Below are positions 20,587 through 31,400 of a stretch of 64,000 nt of DNA, piece after piece. Positions within the stretch are counted from its first letter, which is position 1. Each line of letters starts with the position of its first letter. Under the pieces are notes generated by a model, which saw only the letters and a list, made by a program, of their open reading frames with translations, searched no databases and was not told the origin of the DNA. The stretch is from NCBI GenBank assembly GCA_965205945.1, contig CBDBIB010000001.1, positions 544,001 through 608,000 on the forward strand, in the 5' to 3' direction. This DNA comes from Bdellovibrionales bacterium. GTDB lineage: Bacteria > Bdellovibrionota > Bdellovibrionia > Bdellovibrionales > UBA1609. A program made the position numbers and the translations under genes.

Positions 20587-21948
20587 TTAATATCTATAAT
20601 ATTCAGGTTTATATGGACCTTCAGGCTTAAGACCTAAGTACGCTGATTGTCTATGAGAAAGCTTTGTAAGCCTTGCCCCCACTTTTTTTAAATGAAGGTC
20701 TGCCACCTTTTCATCTAAGTTTTTAGGAAGTCTATAAACACCAATCTTATATTTATTTGGATTCGTATAAAGCTCAATCTGCGCCATTACTTGATTTGTA
20801 AATGATGCACTCATTACAAAAGATGGATGACCTGTAGCACAACCAAGATTTACTAATCGACCTTTTGCTAACACAATGACTCTATTTCCATTTTTAAGCC
20901 TATGAAGATCAACCTGAGGCTTTATCTCAACAACCTTAGAGTTCTTACCAAGCCAGGCCATATCAATTTCAATGTCAAAGTGACCAATATTACAAACAAT
21001 TGCACCATCTTTCATTTTCTCAAAGTGCTCCTTTGTAATAATATCGCAACAGCCTGTGGCTGTAACAAAAATATCCGCACAAGATGCTGCCTCCTCCATT
21101 GTTATAACTTGATAACCTTCCATTGAAGCCTGAAGGGCACAAATTGGATCAATCTCTGTAACTAAAATTTTAGCTCCAAGCCCCTTTAAAGATTGAACAG
21201 AGCCTTTACCTACATCTCCATAACCGGCAACACAAGCAACCTTTCCTGCTATCATCACATCTGTTGCTCGCTTAATAGCGTCTACAAGTGATTCTCTACA
21301 ACCATACATATTATCAAATTTAGATTTTGTTACTGAGTCATTTACGTTTATTGCCGGAATTTTTAATTTCCCTTCTTTAAACATTTTCTCTAAATTATGA
21401 ACTCCTGTTGTAGTCTCTTCCGTAACACCAATTACATTTTTAAGCATTGGAGCAAAAAGATCTTCATGGATCATACCTGTTAAGTCCCCACCATCATCTA
21501 AGATCATATTACAACCCCCGTCACCCCAGCCAATAATAGTCTGCTTTAAACACCATTCATACTCTTCTTGAGTTTCACCTTTCCAAGCAAATACTGGAAT
21601 TCCTGCAGCAGCAATTGCACAAGCTGCATGGTCTTGAGTTGAATAAATATTACAAGAACTCCACCTAACATCAGCTCCAAGATCAACTAAAGTTTCAATC
21701 AAAACTGCTGTCTGAATTGTCATATGAATGCAGCCTGTAATCTTAGCTCCTTTTAAAGGAAATTTACCTTTGTACTCTAAACGTAGAGCCATAAGACCTG
21801 GCATTTCAGTTTCAGCAATATTAATTTCTTCTCTTCCCCATTTAACTAAGCGGGTAAATTCTTTTTCTGAATTCATTGCTGCTGCACATACTTTATAATC
21901 TGTAAATCCCATACCTTTCCCTGTTTGACTGGTTGTTTCTAACTCCAT
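20587..21948 (-). CDS. ahcY: Adenosylhomocysteinase
   Basis: [48 protein letters not shown] and [18 protein letters not shown] motifs. Confidence 0.98.
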   Translation of the reverse strand: MELETTSQTGKGMGFTDYKVCAAAMNSEKEFTRLVKWGREEINIAETEMPGLMALRLEYKGKFPLKGAKITGCIHMTIQTAVLIETLVDLGADVRWSSCNIYSTQDHAACAIAAAGIPVFAWKGETQEEYEWCLKQTIIGWGDGGCNMILDDGGDLTGMIHEDLFAPMLKNVIGVTEETTTGVHNLEKMFKEGKLKIPAINVNDSVTKSKFDNMYGCRESLVDAIKRATDVMIAGKVACVAGYGDVGKGSVQSLKGLGAKILVTEIDPICALQASMEGYQVITMEEAASCADIFVTATGCCDIITKEHFEKMKDGAIVCNIGHFDIEIDMAWLGKNSKVVEIKPQVDLHRLKNGNRVIVLAKGRLVNLGCATGHPSFVMSASFTNQVMAQIELYTNPNKYKIGVYRLPKNLDEKVADLHLKKVGARLTKLSHRQSAYLGLKPEGPYKPEYYRY

Positions 21949-21980
21949 AACCCTCTCCTAATTAATTCTTAAAAAAGATC

Positions 21981-22009
21981 ATATTAAGGAATAAGAGTTT
22001 GAGAGTCCA
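21981..22009 (-). promoter_or_regulatory. Putative sigma70 promoter of ahcY
   Basis: Minus strand TGGACT-N17-TAATAT, about 30 nt upstream of the start. Confidence 0.45.
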
Positions 22010-22314
22010 GCTACAGACTTATTTTTTTACTTGTTTTAGCCCACCTTTTTAAAGAAAATTTTATAAAAGTCTTATCTTTGATGACATTTTGATCAGCTCT
22101 ATGAAAGATTTTGCATTTTCTTTATTAAAATAGCTTTTATAACCTATTACATAGTTTTAAAAAACCAAAAACTCTAACTAATTTGACTATTGTGTATTCT
22201 AAATTACACAAAAGTTTTTTTTAAAATGTAAGCCTTATTGTATACATACAGTTTTACCTAAAATTTCTTAATTTAAAAGAATAATTAAAAATAAAGTACA
22301 TAACCACTTAAATC

Positions 22315-22343
22315 TTGCCCACAAAGCCTTTAAGGGCTACCTT
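22315..22343 (+). promoter_or_regulatory. Putative sigma70 promoter of EVE-dus
   Basis: TTGCCC-N17-TACCTT followed by an AAGGA RBS. Confidence 0.4.
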
Positions 22344-22360
22344 CTTTTAAAGGAAAACTT

Positions 22361-22819
22361 ATGAACTACTGGTTAATGAAATCTGAGCCTAGTACTTATT
22401 CCATTGATACTTTGAAAAAAGACAAGTTTACTCTCTGGGATGGGGTAAGAAACTATCAAGCTAGAAATTTTATGATGAAAGATATGAAAGTTGGTGATCA
22501 AGTTCTTTTTTATCATTCAAACACTAAGCCGCCTGGAATTGCAGGTCTTGCTACCATATCAAAAACTGCAGCACCTGACCTTACAGCTTTTGATAAAAAG
22601 TCAGAATACTTTTGTAAAAAATCAGACGAAAAAAACCCAAGGTGGTTTTGTGTAGAAATAATGTATAAAAAAAAATTTAAAAACTATATTTCCTTAGAGG
22701 AAATAAAAAATATCAAAGAACTTAAAAACATGATGGTAATTCGTAAAGGATTAAGACTGTCTATTCAACCAGTAACTCAAGTAGAATACAATATAATCTG
22801 TAAAATAGGCACTACATGA
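22361..22819 (+). CDS. EVE domain-containing protein
   Basis: YWLMKSEP, WDGVRNYQARN, FYHS and RLSIQPVT motifs. Confidence 0.95.
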   Translation: MNYWLMKSEPSTYSIDTLKKDKFTLWDGVRNYQARNFMMKDMKVGDQVLFYHSNTKPPGIAGLATISKTAAPDLTAFDKKSEYFCKKSDEKNPRWFCVEIMYKKKFKNYISLEEIKNIKELKNMMVIRKGLRLSIQPVTQVEYNIICKIGTT

Positions 22820-23763
22820 TCATTGGTTTAGCTCCTATGGAGGGTGTTTTAGACCCTCTTATGAGAAAATTTATTACTAAAGTAAGCCATGTAAACTATT
22901 GCTCAACAGAGTTTGTTAGAGTTACGAATAAAGTACTCCCTAAGCATACTTTTTTTCATTATGCCCCCGAGCTAAACAATAACTCTAAAACTGAATCAGG
23001 AACCCCTGTGCTTGTACAATTACTAGGGGGGCAACCTGAATGTATGGCTGAAAATGCTTACTTAGCACTCTCTCTTGGAGCATATGGTATTGATATAAAC
23101 TTTGGCTGCCCGGCTAAAACCGTAAACCGTCATGATGGAGGGGCCTCTTTACTTAAATCCCCACAAAGACTTTTTAACACTATTTCAACTATAAGAAAAA
23201 AAATTGGTAATAACATACACCTTTCAGCAAAAGTTCGCCTAGGGTTTTCTGATAAAAGTAAGATTCTAGATATTTCAAAAGCCTGTTCTGATGCTGGGGC
23301 GAGTTGGCTTACCATTCACGCTAGAACAAAAGATGAAGCTTATAGACCTCCTGCTCACTGGCATTTAATAAAAAAAATGAAAGAGGTTTCAAATATACCT
23401 GTTTTTGCAAATGGTGACATTTGGGACCTTAAGGCTTATAAAAAATGTGTACTCGAATCAAGCTGCACTAATGTGATGATTGGACGAGGTCTTATAAGAA
23501 ATCCGTTTCTTGCATCTGAAATAAAAGAAAATATTGAACTTGATGCTGATTTAAAAAACCAAAACACTCTTAAGCTTATCCTTGCTTATTTAAATGAGGC
23601 TCAATTTTTATATGGTGAAAAAACCGCATTAGGCCGCATTAAACAATGGGTAAAAATATGCTCTCACCCTACAAACCTGTTTTTTAAAAATCTATTTGAA
23701 GAAATAAAAAAAATTCGTACTGCAAAAGAAATTATTAAACTTATGTCAAAGAAATTTATTTAA
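22816..23763 (+). CDS. dusC: tRNA-dihydrouridine synthase (DusC-like)
   Basis: LAPMEGV, TEFVRVT, DINFGCPAKTVNRHDGGA, TIHARTK and ANGDIW motifs; ATGA overlap with the EVE gene. Confidence 0.88.
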   Translation: MIIGLAPMEGVLDPLMRKFITKVSHVNYCSTEFVRVTNKVLPKHTFFHYAPELNNNSKTESGTPVLVQLLGGQPECMAENAYLALSLGAYGIDINFGCPAKTVNRHDGGASLLKSPQRLFNTISTIRKKIGNNIHLSAKVRLGFSDKSKILDISKACSDAGASWLTIHARTKDEAYRPPAHWHLIKKMKEVSNIPVFANGDIWDLKAYKKCVLESSCTNVMIGRGLIRNPFLASEIKENIELDADLKNQNTLKLILAYLNEAQFLYGEKTALGRIKQWVKICSHPTNLFFKNLFEEIKKIRTAKEIIKLMSKKFI

Positions 23764-24332
23764 AGAAAAACTCCTGCGCCGAAAGTTAGATCCATTGAGG
23801 AATAAGTTTTTCCACCTAAAAGATATTTTAAATTTCCTGAAAAAAACATTCTAGAATTCCAAATATAACGACCACCAAACCTTACAAAGGGGCCACCACG
23901 AATTTCACTATCAAGCTCTACAGATTTTAAAAACCTTTCCTCAACTCCAAACCCATAAAAATATGCTGTTTGGCCCACACCGTTAATATATACATTCCTA
24001 GCTTTAAACTCTGACTTAACAGGGCTCCCTTTAAAATAAAAATTTATAAAACCACCTAAACCAAAACTTAAATTTTCTTGACTAATTAAACTGGTTTGAG
24101 CTCCACCAAAAACCCCCATGGCAATTTTAGTAGAAAAATTTATTTCATACTCTGCACCAACAGCGCCCAATGCAATTCTTTTTATATCTTTACCACTATC
24201 GGCTTGAAATGTTTCATGCTGTAAGGCCATTGAAAACACTAGTGAATCCGCATAAGATTCGCTAATAATCATAAATAAAGCTATCAGCACTAATAAAAAT
24301 TTATTAGCTTGCTTTAAAAATTGTCTCATCAT
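23760..24332 (-). CDS. Putative small outer-membrane beta-barrel protein
   Basis: Signal peptide MMRQFLKQANKFLLVLIALFMIISESYA, alternating hydrophobic beta-strands and C-terminal DLTFGAGVFL. Start moved from 24452 to 24332. Confidence 0.7.
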   Translation of the reverse strand: MMRQFLKQANKFLLVLIALFMIISESYADSLVFSMALQHETFQADSGKDIKRIALGAVGAEYEINFSTKIAMGVFGGAQTSLISQENLSFGLGGFINFYFKGSPVKSEFKARNVYINGVGQTAYFYGFGVEERFLKSVELDSEIRGGPFVRFGGRYIWNSRMFFSGNLKYLLGGKTYSSMDLTFGAGVFL

Positions 24333-25986
24333 AATTCTGCGCGCCTTTATAGCTGTAGACTTTTTTGATCTTATTTCTAAAAACTCTCCAGTTAATATTT
24401 GTCTCTTTATTCTTAGAAATTTTTTCTTGAATTCTAAACTGTGTTCTTTCATCTAAAAGATTTATGGCTTCCTTATGATCAATACTGTGTTCTTTAAACC
24501 ATTTTATCTCAGACCCTGACAAATTAGTAAGAAATACTTTAAGTTTAGTTATATCTTCTAAATCAATCCAAGACATACAAGGTATTTCAGCTCTTAAAAC
24601 ATCATTACTTTTCATAGCATCAACTTTAGAAAGTTCACCTTCTGACAATCCATAAATCATATGCACTACTTTAGCATTAACAGATTTTTTCTCTGTGCCT
24701 GATACTTTAAAAGAGTCAGCATTAAGAAAATTTACAAAGCTTTTATACTGTTTATCGGTTGCATGATCTCTTAATGGATCAAACATCAATAAGTCATTAA
24801 TCTTATCTAAAACATTTGAGTCTGTAGATTCTGAAACAAAATTCATAAATTGATCTTTAAATAATTTATATAAAACAATATAATGCTCATTTAAACCATT
24901 TTTAAAAACCTCACTTAAATTATCAGCCTTAGTAGGATACATTGCACTAAATGCTTCTTCAACTAATGCATGAGGCTTAGCATACCTAAGCCTTGCAAGC
25001 GCTACAGAAATAACCGAAAGAGTATTTTTATTAAACCCTTTAGATCTTTGATTGTGCAAAACACTTGAAGCTCTTTTTTCAAAATTATAGACTTCATGAA
25101 TAACCTTATAAGTTTCGTTTAAAATAATTTCAGAAATTTGATTCTGAATTCGAATGATTTCATAAAATTGAATTTGTGTTTGAAGATCCGGCATATGTGC
25201 CCATAAAATATGAGCTGTAGATCCTGGAGATTTCTTATAAGCATCATTTATATTCTGACACAAAGATCCAAAATTAAAGGTTTCAAATTCATGACTATTT
25301 AACGAAATATCTGTGCCATTCTCTAATTCATTATTTTCTCTTTGAGTCTGAGCAACCTGTATACCTTCACCGCCACCAGACATAGTAACCTCACCATCAC
25401 CTTCAGATCTAGATTTCCAAACTCTTGCTAAAAACCACAATGCTACAATAAAACCAATGGAGAAAATTAAAATCCATAAAAATTGACCATTTTTTACTAA
25501 GGTTTTATATGCACCAAAAATAAAATCAGATTTAATATTGTTAACAGCATCTCCTAATTTTGGAGTATCATCTAAGACTGTAAATGCTGTATCTTCTGGA
25601 AGAAAAAGTCTTTCTTTAAGGGAGGATTTTACAAGGGCCATCTCTTCTTTAGAAATCTCTCTTTTTTGAATAAAAACAACTTTTCTTTCATAAAGATTTA
25701 AAACATTTTGTATTTTTGAATCATGTGCATTACCAGTTTTTTGATATAAACCAGGAAGGTTAACTATCAACTCTTCATCTAGCTTAGAATCTTGCCTCTT
25801 TAATTCAATACGAATAGTCAAACTGTCTTCTAATGTATAATCTTTTAAAAGCTGCTCGATTTCAATTTTATGATATTTACTAACAGTTTCATAATCTGAC
25901 TTTATACCAAAGGCATTAGACAGTATAAAAAATAACAATGCCAACACTAATACCGTCTTTTTAATTAAGTTTTTAACTAAACCCAC
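24304..25986 (-). CDS. Membrane protein with a putative FliF-like periplasmic ring-building domain and FliG-like cytoplasmic domains
   Basis: N-terminal signal or TM, periplasmic alpha/beta domain, TM FLWILIFSIGFIVALWFL, Gly-rich linker, then a helical region patterned like FliG-M and FliG-C. Lies directly downstream of motB. The domain call is by eye only. Confidence 0.6.
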   Translation of the reverse strand: MGLVKNLIKKTVLVLALLFFILSNAFGIKSDYETVSKYHKIEIEQLLKDYTLEDSLTIRIELKRQDSKLDEELIVNLPGLYQKTGNAHDSKIQNVLNLYERKVVFIQKREISKEEMALVKSSLKERLFLPEDTAFTVLDDTPKLGDAVNNIKSDFIFGAYKTLVKNGQFLWILIFSIGFIVALWFLARVWKSRSEGDGEVTMSGGGEGIQVAQTQRENNELENGTDISLNSHEFETFNFGSLCQNINDAYKKSPGSTAHILWAHMPDLQTQIQFYEIIRIQNQISEIILNETYKVIHEVYNFEKRASSVLHNQRSKGFNKNTLSVISVALARLRYAKPHALVEEAFSAMYPTKADNLSEVFKNGLNEHYIVLYKLFKDQFMNFVSESTDSNVLDKINDLLMFDPLRDHATDKQYKSFVNFLNADSFKVSGTEKKSVNAKVVHMIYGLSEGELSKVDAMKSNDVLRAEIPCMSWIDLEDITKLKVFLTNLSGSEIKWFKEHSIDHKEAINLLDERTQFRIQEKISKNKETNINWRVFRNKIKKVYSYKGAQNYDETIFKAS

Positions 25987-26007
25987 AACACTCCCCTCCT
26001 TCTACTA

Positions 26008-26763
26008 TTATAATACTAAATCTACAAAACTATTTGCTTTATCATCTGCGATCTGCACTCTGACCTCTATACGTCTATTTTTTAAGCCTTTGATTGGAAT
26101 ATACTTATCACTCGAAGGACTTCTATCATTCACTAGCGGCAATGCTGAACCATATCCAACAACCCTAATCCTAGATTCTAACAGTTGATTAGAAATTAAA
26201 ACATTCGCTGCCTGAGATGCTCTTAAAGAACTTAAGTTTAAATTTGTTTTATACGAAGACATTGGATTAACAGCTAAACTGTCTGAATGCCCCTCTACCT
26301 TAATCAAGATTTTATCTTGATAAGGTTTTAGCAAGCCTGCAACTCCTTTTAAAACTTTATGACCATTTGGTTTTAAAATAAAACTCCCTATATGAAAAAA
26401 ATCTCTCTCATATAATCTTAAAAGAATTTCTCTTCTCCTTCTGTTAATACTCATATTAATTTTTTTAATTTCAAATTGAGCTAACTCAGATCTTACCTCT
26501 GCTTCGATTTTTGATAACATCTGAGCACGCATTCTATTCTTACCTTCATTTTTAGTGTTCTCACCTTGTGATTGATGCATATTTTTTCCAAGCTCAATAA
26601 GCATATCCTCATCAGCTTTTTTACTATGCTCATTTAAAAAAGTGATAAAAAAACATAACAGTAATGTAACCGTATCCGCATAAGAAATAACCCACATACT
26701 GCTACTATCTTTCCCATCGCCCTCAAAAATTGATACCTTACTCCTACCTAAATTATGCCGCAC
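26008..26763 (-). CDS. motB: MotB-family stator protein (TM plus OmpA-like peptidoglycan-binding domain)
   Basis: WVISYADTVTLLLCFF with the conserved Asp; VEGHSD, NLNLSSLRA, GYG and NRRIE motifs. Confidence 0.9.
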   Translation of the reverse strand: MRHNLGRSKVSIFEGDGKDSSSMWVISYADTVTLLLCFFITFLNEHSKKADEDMLIELGKNMHQSQGENTKNEGKNRMRAQMLSKIEAEVRSELAQFEIKKINMSINRRRREILLRLYERDFFHIGSFILKPNGHKVLKGVAGLLKPYQDKILIKVEGHSDSLAVNPMSSYKTNLNLSSLRASQAANVLISNQLLESRIRVVGYGSALPLVNDRSPSSDKYIPIKGLKNRRIEVRVQIADDKANSFVDLVL

Positions 26764-27553
26764 TCTTAGCTCCTAAACTACCACCAATATAATTAACGGC
26801 CTCTCTTGGCGGCATTAATGAGTTTATTGTGTCCTGAATAACTACTAAAGAGGCCCCATTTTTAACCAAAAGAGCCGTTTCCATAATCAACTGACGCATT
26901 TTAAAACTTTTCTTAGCTCCAATTTCTAAATTGTCTGAAATTGGACTAAAAATAAAATTTGAAATCATTAAACCATAAAGTGTTGTTGTTAAGGCAATAG
27001 CCATATACTGGCCCATTTCACCCATATTAATAGATTCACCCCCTATTGATGACATTAAAGCAATCAAACCGACAACAGTACCAACCATCCCAAAGGCAGG
27101 GGGATACTTTGACATTGATTTGATAATTCCTACTTCATACTTTTCATTATCAAATGTAGACATAATCCTTTGCTCAAGCATTTCTTTTATCTCTTGATCA
27201 TTATAGCCATCATTAATAAGAACTAAACAATCATTTAAAAAAGGATGTACAGTACCTATTGCGTCTGTAGGGGCCCCTTTAAATAAAGACATCTCTGCAA
27301 ACTTCATAAGATCCATACCCATTTTATGAAAACTCTTATCTTTTCTTAAAAAGATTTTCCCTATTACTGATATAACCCTTGTAACATCTGTCATAGAGTA
27401 AGAAAGAAGTACTGCTGAGATAGTCCCTCCTATAACAATTCCTAAACCTAATATATTAACAAAAAATTTTACATCCACACCAGATGTTAAAAATGTCATT
27501 GTCGCCACTGACAAAGCTAAACCTGCACCTATAATTGCGGATATTTTTCTCAT
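26753..27553 (-). CDS. motA: MotA/PomA-family stator protein
   Basis: IVIGGT, PPAFGMVGTVVGLI and MAIALTTTLYG..SNFIFSP motifs; overlaps motB. Confidence 0.9.
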   Translation of the reverse strand: MRKISAIIGAGLALSVATMTFLTSGVDVKFFVNILGLGIVIGGTISAVLLSYSMTDVTRVISVIGKIFLRKDKSFHKMGMDLMKFAEMSLFKGAPTDAIGTVHPFLNDCLVLINDGYNDQEIKEMLEQRIMSTFDNEKYEVGIIKSMSKYPPAFGMVGTVVGLIALMSSIGGESINMGEMGQYMAIALTTTLYGLMISNFIFSPISDNLEIGAKKSFKMRQLIMETALLVKNGASLVVIQDTINSLMPPREAVNYIGGSLGAKSAA

Positions 27554-27556
27554 TTC

Positions 27557-28195
27557 CTATCTCCCTATTTCTTTTTCTAACTGCTCAATAACTGATTTAA
27601 TTTCATAATTTTTAGAATATAAACTAAAGGATCTCTTATAAGAGTTTAAAGCACTTTTCTTATTACCTTTTAAATAACTTAAATTTCCTTCTAAAAGACT
27701 CACCACAGCTCCAGGTGTTTTTAGTCTCTTTAAATTTATAACTTCTGCTCCAGCTTTACTAAACTCACCCCGTAAAAGCTGCTTTTGAAACGCTAGGACA
27801 CTTAAAATTTGAGAGGTGTTTAAATTCTGCATTTTTTCAACCATTTTTTCTTCAACTTCTAACGGAAGAAGCTTCTCTTTTCTTTTAAGCTTTACATTTA
27901 ACTCTCCTTGTTTCCAATCAGAAGGAAGAATCATTTGGTAATCCTCATATTTATCCGAAATAAATTTTAAATAAATAAAATCACCTTTTGCAATCTGTGT
28001 AAAATTCACTTCTAAGGGAGTTCTTCCTATTGAATTACCCAGGTCATGACTCCCATCTCCAAGAATGACCTCAGCTCCAGGGTTAGAGTTTATTTTAATA
28101 ACTTTACCCTTTTTAGGTAAGACTCCACACCCCACAAGGCTTAATATAAATACAGCACTTAAAATTTGAAACAATATTTTCTTATCTATATACAT
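27557..28195 (-). CDS. Lipoprotein with PEGA-like domain and C-terminal TPR-like helices
   Basis: Lipobox LVG-C; INSNPGAEV and IGRTPL (PEGA-like); LLEGNLSYLKGNKKSALNSYKRSFSL (TPR-like). Confidence 0.75.
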   Translation of the reverse strand: MYIDKKILFQILSAVFILSLVGCGVLPKKGKVIKINSNPGAEVILGDGSHDLGNSIGRTPLEVNFTQIAKGDFIYLKFISDKYEDYQMILPSDWKQGELNVKLKRKEKLLPLEVEEKMVEKMQNLNTSQILSVLAFQKQLLRGEFSKAGAEVINLKRLKTPGAVVSLLEGNLSYLKGNKKSALNSYKRSFSLYSKNYEIKSVIEQLEKEIGR

Positions 28196-28217
28196 TTTTA
28201 AAACTCCATTAATAAAC

Positions 28218-28245
28218 TTATCGTCTCAATACATAATCACCTTTA
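28218..28245 (-). promoter_or_regulatory. Putative sigma28/FliA-type promoter of the lipoprotein-motA-motB operon
   Basis: Minus strand TAAA-N16-GACGATAA, about 22 nt upstream of the ATG. Confidence 0.6.
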
Positions 28246-28405
28246 CAAAACTCTTATTAAACTGGATTAAAGAATGGCCTTTGATCAAAATCAATTTTCA
28301 ATTCTTAGCTTTAAATAAAACTAAGCCTACATAATTCTACCTAAAAGGTATTAATACCAAAAAAAAGTCTAGGCCTATAAAACTAATTACATAGCAGCTA
28401 CGTAA

Positions 28406-31400
28406 TTAGTTTATAAACCTTAGTTGAGGATATCCATTAACAGGAACAATCCAAATTGTTATAAAATCCCAGCCTGTATAAATTGAATTGTCATAATCTT
28501 GCATTTCCATAGTCGTATGGCCTGAAACACTGCTGCCTATTGTAATAGAGCCATTACCAGTTGCAAATGCTTTAGTTGAAACCTCTTTATCCCAAAAAGA
28601 ATTATTAATTGTATAAAAATTCCCATCCGACTTACCCAAAACACCACCACGATTAGTTGGACCACCTAAAACAGCTGAGGCTGAATAACAATTGTTAATA
28701 ATAATCGAACCCCCTATAAAATCATAACCACCAATAAGACCACCTGCTTGAGACCCTGCATAAACAGCTCCTAATGAGTAACAGTTTAAGATGTTCACAC
28801 TAGAGCCAGAACTTGCATTGATTTTACCTACTAACCCACCATACTGTAGGTTTTGGACAGCAAAATTTGTTCCCACCTGTGAAGTTGAAAAAACTTCAGA
28901 AATACTAAGCGTAGAATTAGACGCTCCATCAATAGAACCAATTAAGCCACCAACACCGCTAAATGACGTATCCACCAAACCTTTAGAATATGATTTTGAA
29001 ATTAACGATGTCTCTAATTCACCAACAGAAACCTTACCTATGAGTCCACCAACCTCACTACCTCCAGAAACTAAACCTCCAGTTGCGTAAGAATTACTAA
29101 GTGTAGAATTTAACATCTCACCAATTAGTCCACCTGATGAATTCATAACATTATGATTTGCTGTAGAATATACATTTGAAATACTTGCATTACTTGCATA
29201 ACCGATGACTCCACCAGCTCTCCTTCCTGTAGAAGTAACCGGTATTTTTGAATATACATTTATAACTGTACCCTCTAAGGTTCCAGCAATACCACCAACA
29301 TTATCTACTGCTAAAACAGCTCCATTTTCTGTATATGAATTTGTAATTGATGCTCCAGATTTAACTTCACCAACTAATCCACCTGCAGTATTGCCAGTTG
29401 CCTGAACTACAGCTCTTGAAAAAGAGCTCTTAAGTTGTTTATTTTCTCCTAGGTTTCCAAACAATCCACCAATATTATTCGTACCCGTAACCATTCCTTC
29501 AGAATAAATTGAACTAAAAACCCCTCCTAAATTAGGCCCCGATAATCCAACAATACCCCCTCCGTACCCAGTAAGGCCACTTGCAGTAACCGTTCCAATA
29601 AAATAAGATTCTGTTACTTCAAAATTTAGATGTTCACCTGACTTTCTTCCAATCAAGCCACCAACATAATCCTCTGCCGTAATATTACCTGTAACAAAAA
29701 CATTTGAAATAAGACCTGTTTTGTTATTTCCACCTTCAGCCACACCAATAATACCACCAACTGATTGAGTAGCCGTAATATCAACATTAACAAGTCCTAA
29801 ATTAGAGACTTGAAAATCTCCAATTACATGACCCAAGAATCCAACATTAAATTGAGCATTGTTATACGTCCAATTTAAAATAATATGCCCATCCCCATCA
29901 AAGTTTCCTGAAAATTTTTGAGTTGTATTTCCCAGAGGATCAAAACTAATATTCATTAAATCAATATTTTTGCCAAGTTTATAGTACTTTCCTGAATCTG
30001 AATTCTGCCTAACATTAGCTAAATGTGTTTCATCACAAATAATATAAGGATCAGCTATACTTTCCCCTGAACCTGCAGCAAAATGTGTATCCCAAGAATT
30101 CGTATCTTCGCACAATGTTGGACTAAAACTATAGGTATATCCATTTGACAAGGTATCTTCTGATTTAACTATATTTCCTAAGAAGGCCGGATTGTTAACC
30201 TTAGTTCTAACCCTAACCTCAACACCACCCGGAGCTTGAGCTTGCGGCGTTATACAAGTCAATGCTTTTTCACTAAGCACATTAACATTGGTACAGGTTT
30301 TACCAGAAATAAGAACCTCAGTATCTTCTCCCACGCCGTTATCATTATCTGAGCTAAACCCTGTTCCATAAACAACAATAAGTTGGTTACCTTGAACAGG
30401 TCCAGCCGTTCCTTTAACGCTTGTAATCGTTAAGATGTTATTAATATCTACGGTAACATTTGCTCTAGACTCATTTCCTTGCTCATCTCTTACTATCAGT
30501 AAATAGTTAATTTTTCTATTTAAATCTGGAGGACCGCTTAGTGGATCCAAATTTAAAGCGTTAGCTGTTGAGATTGTTCCGTTAGTAATTAATGTTGATC
30601 CAAGCCCTCTATAAACAACTTCATCTGTATTTGCTGCAAGGTCCCCCATCTCTGAAACCCTTCTTCTAATTTCAACTTGTAAATCTGCATTATCTGAAGT
30701 GTTATCACTCATCTCCCACTCTAACTCCCACACTTTTGATTTAATAGTTTTTGTAGAAACTAAATTTATAATACTAGGGGGTGTTACGTCAGGAACATTA
30801 AGGTTTCTAGTCAACTGATCACACGTGGTATTGTTTGAGGCATCCTTTGCACAAACAGTATAGTAATATATTTGTGCCTCAATAAGACCACTGTCTTGAA
30901 AAGATAGCATTGTAGTTGATGTTTTTAAATTCCCACTTGGCCTAGATGGATTTAAAAAGTCAAAAGGAGCATTGTTGCTATAAATCTCATATCTAATTTC
31001 AGCTCCAGGCTCTGATGCGTACTGATTATCTATAGCAGAATCCCAAGATAAAACAAACGTTGGCGAAGCTCCAATAGTTAACTTAGAATCAAATATGGGA
31101 GCTGTACTATCAATAGTTCTTTTATCTGAATAGTTACTTACAGGATCTAAATACAGTGTTTCATTATTAACATTATCATATGCTCTTACGTGAAGTCTAT
31201 ACGTTCTATAAGAATCTAATCCATTTACTGTACATTGAGTAATGTTATCCGAACAACCATAGTCAGCACAAGGACATGTCCTCATTAAGGTTAATACATT
31301 AGTTAAAGGATCCACTTGATACACTCTAAACCCTCTATAATCTGTCCAATCTGCTGGTGCATTCCATTTAACCGTAAATTCACCTTCTCTAGGTGTTAAA

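Noticed and set aside
21949..22360. SAH/SAM riboswitch upstream of ahcY; TTGTGTA-N8-TACACAA palindrome near 22190-22211
   Set aside because: The predicted ahcY leader is too short and AT-rich for a riboswitch. The palindrome spacing does not fit CRP or Rex sites and may be chance in AT-rich DNA.
24333..24452. N-terminal extension of the OM barrel ORF
   Set aside because: It lies inside the upstream gene; the signal peptide begins at 24332.
26008..27553. MotAB as Zorya ZorAB, ExbBD/TolQR or the Agl gliding motor
   Set aside because: MotA has no long ZorA tail and no zorC/D/E genes are nearby. The B subunit has the MotB W..YAD TM and an OmpA-like domain rather than an ExbD/TolR domain.
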